Of a stretch of 64,000 nt of DNA, positions 13,751 through 24,290 are shown piece after piece (within the stretch, counting starts at the first letter, position 1; every line of letters starts with the position of its first letter). A model generated the notes under the pieces. It was not told where the DNA came from. It did not search any database and saw only the letters and a program-made list of their open reading frames with translations. Origin of the DNA: Lama guanicoe (taxonomy: Eukaryota); NCBI GenBank assembly GCA_013239625.1, contig MU054187.1:7908358-7972357 (forward strand). Reading direction: 5' to 3'. Made by a program: the position numbers and the translations under genes.

Positions 13751-15542
13751 CTGGAAAACTGAACAAGTACAAATAAAACTTTCTTAAAAACCAGCATCGT
13801 GGTAGAAAGGTAACGTCCAGTTTTGTCGGCACTGATAACCACCCTCCACTCTCCTATGTTAAAGGCTACCAAAAGTACGTTAAACTGCCCTTTTTGAGGC
13901 TTGGAATATATCCTGGATATTCTAATGCATACATTTGAATCGACTCTTTATTATCAATTTGCCTGCTGTCCTCATCTTACCCTATGAGCTGATGCCACAC
14001 TTCAAAGCTTCTCTTTTTTTTTCTGTCTTTTTTTTTTTTCTCTCTCTCTCTTTTCTTATCTATTCTGTCTCTATCCAAGATGAAGTTTCTTGGATTACTT
14101 GTTCCTTACTCCATGCAATTCAAATAAAATAAGAGATAACCTAGATTGGACCTAGAATTCAGGCTTTCATATCTGTAAGTGAGACTGAATATAATTTATC
14201 TTATTAAGTAATCAAACATATTATAAAACTATCATAATTGAAAGATTTTGACCCTGAGGTAAGAATAGTCATTTCAACAGCTCAGAATAATTAGACCCAC
14301 ACAGATGTTACTATTTTTATAAGAATTTAATATTTAATGAAATTAATATGATACACCAATGTGGAAGAATAATATTCAATAAAGTATTTTTAAATGACTT
14401 AGATGATTGGGGAAGGATGATATGTACGATTCTAACCTCCTCCTATATACTGAAATAAACTTCGTGTGTATTAAATAATTAAATACGAAAAAGATCATAT
14501 CATATCACAGAAAAGATTGAAAGAAGAAATAGGATATTCAGAAACTGCTGAAAAGTTGAGATGAACTTCTTCCCACTTAAGAAAGAATAAGCCTCAAATA
14601 GCAAACAAACAAAACATTAGCAACTCTAAAAAAAAGCAAAAAAAACCCTTCAGAACAAGGGAAAAGGCAAGTCATCTTAAAAGCCTCTGTGGACTAACAG
14701 GACTTGGGTGGGGGAAGACAGTGCAGGTGACCAGTGTCAAACAGCTGGGCACGTCTCCCTTCCTCTGAAATTATAGATTCCAATTATGTAGATTGTTGAG
14801 TATTTACTACATAGCCATTAGTCATGGGCTGCAAGGAGAGAACGGAATGACTCCAGGACGAAAACGACTCCCAGAGTATCAGGTGTACAGCAGAACAGAA
14901 AAGCAGTCGATCCAGTTAGAGCAGGTTATCAAAGGCGTCCCAAGAATTTTCTTCAAGAAGAAAATAGATTTTAGTCAAAATGTTATATGAAGAAAAAGCT
15001 GGAAGACCTCCATGAGATGCTGAAGAAGACACATACTTCCTCTGTCACTTGAAAAAAATCAGGAAATTAGAAATGCCAGGGGAAGAGGCATTTAGTAAAG
15101 TCATGGTCCAAATATGACATGAATGAACTTGTGGCAGAATAATGAGCAATTGGTGATCAATAATACGGTGGTTCCTTTGAAATTAGTAACATAGTTTTTG
15201 ACAAGTATTTGTTACCCAGTTTTTAAAGAAATAAGTGAATAAACAAAATAAGCTGTAGATGAAATACTGCACAGCTATTAAAATAGATTTTTAAGGTGTA
15301 AGACTGTATTATAATGTAGGAAAACTATTAATAGAGAAGGAAACAAAACTGCATTTATACCATCCATGTAACTTGGTGAAACATAGATACTTAGAATCAA
15401 ACATGGAAGAAAATATACACAAATTGCTACAGTTTGTTCATTAGGATATTAAAATTTGAAGTGACTCTCTCTCCCTTCCTTTTGTCTTCTCTCTTTTTGT
15501 CAAATGCTCAAATTAATTTTATAACTACATATATTTATATAT

Positions 15543-15544
<2 letters not shown>

Positions 15545-15624
<80 letters not shown>
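15545..15624. repeat. Compound microsatellite (CT)18(AT)22
   Basis: Perfect CT run 15545-15580 directly followed by a perfect AT run 15581-15624. Confidence 0.97.
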
Positions 15625-15626
<2 letters not shown>

Positions 15627-16844
15627 TAGGAAAAAGATGGTTGCATATTATCCTCTACAGCATATCTGTTTATGTGTATACATTTCTTTCACAATCATTT
15701 GGGTATATAATCCTAAAAACTGTTCTCTTATAAAGACAATTGAAAAATAGTTAAGTTCTAGCAAAACTACACTAATCCAATTTCACCAGCCTCCAAAGTC
15801 AGGTTATTGGTGTCCCACCTCTGTTCTGTATGCTGTCCCCAGATATTCCAGGGCATCACCCACAACTAATCAAGTTTTTTAAAACTTCCTTTCCCAATAT
15901 CTCCCATTAGTTTTCTCCTAAAAACCTACATAACTAGGAGTTTATACCTTTTCAGTAAAATATACTATAATCTTCTCTGTTAGTTGTGCCTGAGATCTAG
16001 GGTTACTTTATGTACTACATTTTTGTAACTAAAAAAATATGTGCAATATATTGCATATATGTATTTACATGCAATATAACATATATGTGTTGTCAAACTG
16101 TAATAATTCTATGTAATGAAACTGAAAAACAAAAAAGTTACTTTAATGCCATTTCACTATCTGAAGATAGAAGAAACAACAGAATATTAACAACAGAATA
16201 TTTTGGACAAGTTGCTAAATATTCTGCTTCAGTTCGTATATTTCAAATATGAAAATGATATTTCTCCTGCTCCAACTAATTTTTTTTCAAAGCAGTTCCT
16301 CATCCTTCAATAATGCATTCTTACAGCTCCTATGTAGTTCACCCAGGAGGCAATAAATCAAGACCACATTTGAATACCATGGTCAAAGCAAGATCTGGAA
16401 CTTCACGCTCCCATTGACTGAATATTCCCAGTATCAGATAAAACCACAAGGACAGAATTCCTTTCCTCGCTATGAAGGCAAAGCACTGACTGGAAAGCTC
16501 TGTAGTTCTAAACAGTGTTCCCCAACACCAGGCCATAAGCATCTAAAAGAGCCGAACGTAGAAGGGTCATCCCCATGTCTCGGTACCTAGTACACAGAAG
16601 TTGCATAACTGACGTGTTGAGTGGTGTAAGTGATCAATGCAGTCATATCATAGCTTTGCGAGCTACTCCAGGAGAGTCATCACCAGCATCGATAAAAGAA
16701 TGGCGATTAGAAAAATAAAATTACTGTTCTCTGTTTTGGGATTAACTTTTTGCAGAAAGGAAGTGGGAGATCAGAAGGAGCTAGTTGGAGCCCAGTTTAT
16801 GCTACGCACTCTGACTTTTATATGTGTTCCTTATGCACATACTA

Positions 16845-17060
16845 GATTAGTGATTAAACACTGGTGCCAAAACACTTGAATTTGAAACCTGGCTCTGCCA
16901 TTGTATAACTGTGACTTTGGACAAGAGATGTGCTATCTCTATTCCTCAGTTTCACCAGCTGTACTCTGGGGCTGATATTAATGGAAGAACCGGAAAAAGT
17001 GATTGTGAGAAGTGAATTAATACATGCAAAGCCTTAGCACAGAGACTGGAACCTTACAAC
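16845..17060 (+). mobile_element. MIR SINE, near full length
   Basis: 'tttgaaacctggctctgccattgtataactgtgactttggacaag...cctcagtttcacc...gattgtgagaagtgaattaatacatgcaaagccttagcacag'. Confidence 0.8.
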
Positions 17061-17124
17061 AATTTCTAAGCGTGATTTTAAAAAATTCTTATCATTTTAC
17101 TTAATTTATGGATCATCATTTTGA

Positions 17125-17230
17125 CATGGGTATTATTATCACCATTTTACAACTGAGAAAGTCTGAAACTAAATACATGAACTTGTCCTGCATTACACAG
17201 TAAAACAAATTTGAACTCAAGACAGATTTT
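17125..17230 (-). mobile_element. MIR SINE fragment
   Basis: 'gggtattattatcaccattttacaactgagaaagtctga...atttgaactca'. Confidence 0.55.
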
Positions 17231-18400
17231 TGCTCATGTATCACAAAATATATGCTTTCATTAAACACTCTTCAGAAAGAATAGGAAGCAAAGTATATTA
17301 TATTTAAACCTTGGCAACCTGAAATCCCGGTGGACTAAGTTTTTCCAAATAGCATAATTTTTTGGATAGCCAAAGTTTAATCTCTACAAACAGAACATGC
17401 TTATGGTTTTAACTGCTTATGTTGGTCAACAACATGTACTTGACATAATTCATTTTATTCTTTGTGATTCAGGCTCATTATTATCTCTGTAGATTATTGT
17501 ACAGAGCTACAACAGCCCCTGGTATCTTGCCCTGAAGAGCTAGTGAGTTCTGCACAGCCATTTGCTCCTCCTCTTCATGGTCCCAGCCCGCTGGTCTAGC
17601 CTGGGTCCTGCATCTGTGGTTCTGCAGTATTCCTCTCTCCTCCCCCAGCCTGTGTGACAACCTTCCGCAGGTCTGGGCTGGCAGTGTGCCTGCCAATATC
17701 AGCCCCTTTCTCTGGATGATTTTCACTCTAATTTTTCTATGGAGTCATTAGAAATAAGTATATACAATCAGACTGATCATAATCATGTATAAAATCAGAA
17801 TAAGCAGGTCTGAGTGAAGACCTGAAGGGCACAGTAAGGATGAAATTGTTTGCTGTATGTGTGAGTGTTGTATCATCTATTTTGACTCCCCAGACACCCT
17901 TTGTTCACTCACTTGTGTTTCTCTGTGTGTTACTTAGGGTATTTGTTAATGTACTTAGTTAATTCATTCAACTGTACAACAATGGTAACTTGGAATATTT
18001 AAATCCCAAGATGGCGCTTTATATAGAAAATTATTTTGAAGCAAGAGGACCGTTACTTAAGTCTGAGCTGTCTGTGCTGTGGTGTTCTGCAAAGTTAGGT
18101 GCCAACAAGACACTGAATACACTTGTTATTAGATATACAAAAACATTTCAGGAATTTCACTTGTGTTTTTTTCCATCTGCAGCATCTCACTGGGAAGCTG
18201 AAATAAATATTTCAGACAATCACTGATCTGAGAGTAATCTGCTGAAGGGTGCTCAGAGCAATGCACAAAACATAGTACGTAGTACAATAAAATGTTACAA
18301 ATTTTCTTGCAATCCAATCTAATCCTTAATTAGAAGAGAAATGGTGACCTAATTTCTCTAAACTCTATTCCAAAATATTTGCATGCTGATTTCCCTGTTT

Positions 18401-18700
18401 CTTCCAGTTTTACTGACATCTATTTGACATACAGCTCAGTGTAAGTATAAGGTGTGCAGCATAATGATTTGACTTATATGCCTCATGAAATTACTGCCAC
18501 AATAAGTTTAGTGAATAGCTATGATCTCATATAGATACAAAATGAAACAAAAATAAAAAATGTTTCTTGTGATGAGGACTCTCAGGATTTACTCTCTTAA
18601 CAACTTCCACCCACATCACACTGCAGTGTTTATATTTATTATGTTGTACATTACATCCCCAGAACTTATTTATCTTACAACTGGAAATTTGTCTCTTTTG
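18401..18700 (-). mobile_element. LINE-1 3' end (L1MA9-related/laurasiatherian type)
   Basis: 'cttccagttttactgacatctatttgacatacagc...aaggtgtgcagcataatgatttgacttata...gtgatgaggactctcaggatttactctcttaacaactt...tgtacattacatccccagaacttatttatcttacaactggaaatttgt'. Confidence 0.88.
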
Positions 18701-19729
18701 GCTTCCTGCATGCAATGCTTGATGCTAATGGCAACTTATTTGGTCATTAGACTCTAAAATTTATAAAATTGTGGAGTATTTGAAACAATATTTCTTCTCC
18801 TTTAACTTCATATTGTTTTTATTTCCTCTAATAGGCTTTTCAAATTTTTGTTTGTTAATATTTCAGACAGACAGAAGTAAAAAAACAATGCTACCTAATG
18901 AAACATTATTAATTATAATAATCAATATGTACTGTTTGATGGTCTTGCTGAATTTACTTCCAGCCTTGATGACTTTATTTTGATGCAATAATTTTCCTTT
19001 AAATTGTGCTTTCACTTCATCATGATTCAGTCCCAAAACACTTATGAACATTAAATCTGTTATATTTTCATATAAAAATTCCTCAATATAATCATTGTTT
19101 AGCTTTTTCATCAATAAATTTTTCCTTCTACAACATTTTTAACCTCCTCATGCTAATTCCTTAATCTTTTATGCAAAATCTTTACTATAATATTGCCAGT
19201 TTGCTTATTATTCTATTTACATTATTCTCTTTAAATTCTGGCTTTGCAAATTAATTATCCCCCTACTATGATTTTTCTTTATTTTTTTTTAACTTTTTTA
19301 AAGACTTTTCTTTACTCTGCTAACCCATATGTCCTTTTTTCTTTTTTTTTGCATCTTCCTAGAAGTCTTCTTGGTTTAACTGCATCTAATTTTTACATAT
19401 TTTTTAATGTGGCTATGAATTATATTATTTGTGCTACTAAATATGTTTTCTTTTATATGTTTCCTTTTCCCTTTTGCAAAAGTACATGCCCCATTGTTCA
19501 AAACAGAGAGATAAATCTATTGCAAATAAGCATCACCTTTTATCAGTTCATCCTTATCTCTTTGGGCCAAGACGTATTCTCTCAATTTTACCTTCTTAAT
19601 ACATGTTATTGCCTGACTAATGATAGAAGACCTCAGGAGAGAGTGAAGACGGTAAATTTTATTGTGTATATTATAACCTTTTCTAGTTGACTATTATTTT
19701 AGTTATTTGTCTAATATTCATGAACATGA

Positions 19730-19900
19730 GAGTTGGAACAAGTGCCAGAGGTCACCGAGCCTGATCTTACATTTTATTGAAAAGGACCCTTAGGCTTAGA
19801 GAAAGTAAGAGACATATCCAAGGGCAAGTAAGTACTGACTAGCACACTGAGGACTAAAATCTAGCCATTTGATTTTCAGCACATGGCTTTGGAGTCCATA
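19730..19900 (-). mobile_element. MIR (MIR3-like) SINE
   Basis: 'aggcttagagaaagtaagagacatatccaagggcaag...gaggactaaaatctag'. Confidence 0.5.
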
Positions 19901-20684
19901 ACAGGTTGCCCTGCCCCCCTCATTTAAAGAGTATCCTCTCCCAAGTCCTATTTCAGCCATCCATATATCGTGCCTGAGCTTGGGAGCCAAAAAAACCACG
20001 GCCCTGTTTCACAGAGGTGCTGGAACAAAGAAATGCTGAGCACTGACCCAGGTAGCAGAACAAATCCATGAAGGAGTCAAAACAGAGCACTCTCCTACTC
20101 TATTTCTATTTCTCAGTGTTGTCGAACAAACTACTCTGCCTTTGTGAGAACAAATTCTGCCTTCCCCAGAGGCTAAATAACTCCCTAATGGTAAATTAGT
20201 CACTTACGAGGCGCATTAACTCTTCCTGACCACTGGGGTGTCATTACTTGGAAATCTTCTGTTTCTAGGTCGTTGGCTGTGACGACAGTACACCAGGCTA
20301 AATGGGACCCCAGTGGCCCGAAAGACCGAATGCACCATCCATAGTGCAAAACTCACTGCAAAGCTTAGGGATGTTCCTGAAAACCCTTCACCTCCCAGAA
20401 GCTTGAACATTTATTAGAGATTTCTGGCCAAGGCCGGCACCATATCAAACTGTCTTTGAGTTTATTTTAACTTGTGAGGTCTCACGTCTACTCTCCCAAC
20501 CACCCAGCAGCTAATTCACCCAGGGACCCAGGCTCCTCATCCTACCGTTAGTGCCCATTTTTCTGTGCCGTCCAGACTTGTGATCTCTCCTTACATTTTG
20601 CTCTCCTGGTTCTACACTCCTCCCTCTTCCATGATGAAATACATCAAAACTCAATCCCATTTCCATTGGAGTCTACACTATCCA

Positions 20685-20776
20685 TTTTTTTTAAATTGAG
20701 GTATAATTGACATATAACATTATCTTAGTTTCAGATACTCTACATAATGATTTGATATTTGTATATATTGTGAAAC
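20685..20776 (-). mobile_element. Short LINE-1 3' tail
   Basis: 'ttttttttaaattgaggtataattgacatataacattatcttagtttcagatactctacataatgatttgatatttgtatatattgtgaaa'. Confidence 0.8.
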
Positions 20777-20819
20777 ATAGAGCCAGTTTTCATTAAGGGA
20801 CACAATAACTCATAGTTTT

Positions 20820-21220
20820 CATAGCATGAGTTATTTAATAATGGTTTACTAATTAATCATTAAAGTTTTCTGTTGGATGGCTATATCACGATTTACCTAA
20901 CCAGTCCCTAGTGATGGATATCTAGAGCTTTTCCCACAAACTTTTATTATTACAAGCAATGCTACATACGGTATTTTTTTAAAATCAGCCTTTAAACATA
21001 AACGTGCACATATCTGTAGAATAAATTCCTCAAAATGGAATTGTTGAAACAAAAGATGTATGCATTTTTAATACTGATAGATACTATCAAAGGGCCATCC
21101 ACGGTATCTGTAACACAAATTTACTTTGTCTTGACAATATGTTGTGCTATATTTCACACAATTGTTATAATGTGTCACATTTCAATGTTGGCCAATTTAA
21201 GAGGCAAAAAATGATTTCAC
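20820..21220 (-). mobile_element. Old LINE-1 (L1ME) 3' fragment
   Basis: 'atttacctaaccagtccctagtgatggatatctag', 'tatctgtagaataaattcctcaaaatggaattgttg', 'atgcatttttaatactgatagatact'. Confidence 0.7.
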
Positions 21221-21969
21221 AGTGAAGAAGGTAAGTAATATAGCTGACTCATGAGCCAAGATTCACAATTATGATATCAGATACCTAAGCCAATGCTTAG
21301 GCATTCTCGTGTTAGCCTTGTTATGGAGACACATCTAGGAAAAGGGTTTTCCGTATAACCGCACAAATGACAACAGAATAACACAGCTGTAGACGCCTGC
21401 TTCCTCTGGCCTCAGAAGTCAGGAGTGAAAGGAAGAGGGGTATGAAGTGTCCCAGGGGGAGGAGAACAGCCACCATACAAAGAGAGCAGGAAGAGAGGAG
21501 AAGGAAGAGTCGCAGCTGAAGTAACACAATGAGACCCTGAGACACGCACAGGGGACTAATTGCAGGAAGACGTGGTGCAGAGGTGAGTACCTGCCGCCCC
21601 AAGATGGAACTTCGACTTGACTCCACCACCGTGATAGCTCCTCCTTCATCAGCCCTCTTGATTCCTTATTCTTATTCCCACAACGATATATTCACAGGTT
21701 TGCTTTTGAACTATGTAACAGACTTTTCACCCGACATGTCCAGCGGGGTTTAGTAAGAAGCCTGTATCTCTAGAGTTTGTCTTTCTTTTCTTCTTCTTCT
21801 TTTTTTTTTCTACTTTTCTGAATTATTATATTTAAATCAGTGGGACTAGTGGTTAAGCAAAAAGTGCCCCAAAGTCTCTTCTTTCATTTAAAAAAAAAAT
21901 TGAATAGGACAAACCAATCTTTTCCAAGAAGAGAAAAAAAATACCCAACCCAACATAATGGTCTTTACA

Positions 21970-22320
21970 GCCTCGTAAACCACAGTGCCACCCAAGATGT
22001 TAACAAGCTGGCATGTTTTGAGCATCAAAGATAGAGAGGAAACTGTGTTTACATGTTTGGCACAAAAACTAATGAGGAAAGTCAATTGGCCCTTTGTCTT
22101 GAGGGTCTGAAGCGCTGAGCTCTAATGTTTGGTTTCTTCATTGGCACTTGTTCAAGTAATCGCTCGTGGCCTGACAAAGCCGTACTTGTGTTTTATTAGT
22201 GGCCATGCTGAACTCTCCCGCCTCGGCTGTGTTGTCTCTCAATAGAGAGCTGCAGCCCAGGGCACACTTATTTGAAAACACTAAATCAGAGCATGATGAT
22301 CTTTGCCCAAGCAGAGAACA
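21970..22320. promoter_or_regulatory. Candidate conserved enhancer (dense FOX/TCF/SOX/NFI/NKX motif cluster)
   Basis: Unique sequence with ATCAAAG 22024, TGTTTAC 22046, TTGGCA 22057 and 22141, CCTTTGT 22091, CACTTG 22145, CACTTA 22265, AACCACA 21978. Function is inferred only. Confidence 0.5.
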
Positions 22321-23689
22321 ACAAAAAAAATGTTCAGACTACTGTGCCTTTTGTTCGGAGAGGGAGGGAGGCAAGGACAGGAGAAAGGTAGGACTGGAGC
22401 CCCGGACCGAGTCATTTGGAAATGGGAGTGATTAAACCCACTCTGCACAAGACACCTTCTCCCCTCCTAATCACAGGAGCTACAGAACATCGGAACCTGC
22501 CTCGATGCCCCACACGGCACCACCCATGAGGTCTCGACTCGAGCCTGCCGTGGCGGCAGATGCCAAGGTGACCCAAGAGGCCTCTTCTTTCTGGAATTCT
22601 AAGGTGTCATGAAAGAACAATAGTATTAGTCTGTGCGGAAGCTGACTCTGTCTTTGCGAATATAGTCTGGCAGAAAGGGAAAGTTCCAAAGTAGGTCAAA
22701 GCGCGCTGTGTGTAACTTTTCTCATGAGGTTGCTTTTTCACCTTCCTTCCTCCCTTTTTCCTTCCTTTTCTCTATTATTATTATATCATATTATTGTTGT
22801 TATTATTATTTCCATTTGGAGATGGGAATGCCTTGGACCGTCCTAGAATTTTTATCTGCATAACTGCACAAGTATCCAAACATTTGGCTGCTATTTTCAA
22901 AGTTCTGAACCAGAAACGAGGATTCCAAAATCTGGTTGCAAACAACATTTTTTAAGTGACAGTTTTGGCAGTCTTACCTTACAGATCCAGTAAAAATAAA
23001 ACCTAGAACAGTTTGTTCTTAAACTATTTCTAGTACCAGTACTGCGAAGAAGTACTGAGCTACACATAATTGAATTTATTTTTTTCAGCGACTGAAATTT
23101 TACATGTTCAAAAATGAGAATTTGGGATAGGTTAAGAGATGTCCTTGCCTCTGCCAAATCCTTGAAGTTCTCTCTGGCTGTCTGCCTCCCATCAGATCTT
23201 TCCATGAAGGGTGTAAGTGTATACTCAGTACACTCCCTGCCACTGAATAAGTCTGGGGGATGCTTACTTAGGCTGAGAAAAATGAGAAAATGCTAAGTGA
23301 GAGCTATTAGTTGGGAAATCACACGATGAAAAGTTAAAAGTTTAGAGGATACAGACTCTGTTTAACTAAAGTGTCATCTGCCTACGTTTCAATAAGCAGA
23401 ATTTTCTTGGCTAATTCTTAAATGTTTACTTTCTTAAATGAAAAGGATGCTGATCACAATCATGCTTCTCCTGACAATTCTGTAGCACTTTTTGTATAAG
23501 CCTCTCAAGCTTTCAGGTTTCCTGCTGAAAGGAAAGCATTAATTTTACATGTGGGCAAAGTAATTCCAAATTCCTACTCCTGTTGTTAACAATATTAACT
23601 CTGATGTAATGACCACAGGAAAGCCAGAGACACAAATGACCTGTTGGCAGTGGTAGAATAAGTAAACGGGTAGAAGCTTCCTAGAAAAA

Positions 23690-24290
23690 AGCAATTGCGT
23701 TTGGGGGGTGGGGTGGGAAATGTTGGTGGGCTCCCTGCTTTGGAAATTCACCAAGGTGATGGTAAGTGAAGTCGGATACCTGAAGTCCACAGCCCTAGTC
23801 GGCAGAGGAAGGCAACGTGTTTAAACAGGATTTGCTTGTATTTATAGGCGGTTCTATTCTCGGCCTGGAGATCAAGGGAGATCCAGGGGGAAGAGATAAG
23901 CCTCATCCTCGCCCCTTGTCCCTGCTGCCTGTGCCTCCCTGCCACTATCTCTCCCTCGGGTCTCCTGTGCCCTCCCTCCCACCTCGCACAGACACCCAAT
24001 ATTGTTTCTTCCCGCAGGCTCTGCTGCGAGAATGACAGACATCCCAGCTCACATTCGGAGCTCAGATTGCTAAATGTAGCCAAGGGATGGAGGGAGGGGG
24101 TGGAAAGCGGAACTGCATTCCTAAGCCACTTCTCCACGGGGGAGCTGTCCACAGACTGGGTTCAGGACGGACGCGCGGGGGGCTGCGGGGGTGCCCCCCA
24201 CATCCCTATGTGGGGAAGCCGGCTGCTCCCCCAGAGGAGATGGGAGGGTGTCCTGACCCACTGCTCTCCATCTCCCACCTTCTGGGCACG
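23690..24290. promoter_or_regulatory. GC-enriched promoter/enhancer-like segment
   Basis: Locally high GC with retained CpGs. Minus-strand TATAAATA near 23839-23846, AGATAA near 23894, and G/C-box tracts ('ggagggggtgg', 'gcgcggggggc'). Confidence 0.35.

Noticed and set aside
17500..17720. GC-rich segment, possibly an old LTR or an exon (81-aa minus ORF)
   Set aside because: I could not assign a family or find splice or coding support.
18004..18017. CAAGATGGCG (YY1/CTCF-like) site
   Set aside because: Single isolated motif with no supporting context.
19244..19690. 148-aa ORF
   Set aside because: F/L/I/Y-rich translation of T-rich low-complexity DNA with a non-ATG start; no family resemblance.
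22021..22200. Identity with named enhancers (SHH ZRS, PTF1A distal enhancer)
   Set aside because: Does not match the recalled ZRS sequence, and motif spacing does not fit the recalled PTF1A variant positions; locus left unnamed.
23690..24290. CpG island
   Set aside because: GC-rich, but CpGs look too sparse and the CpG-dense part too short for a canonical island.
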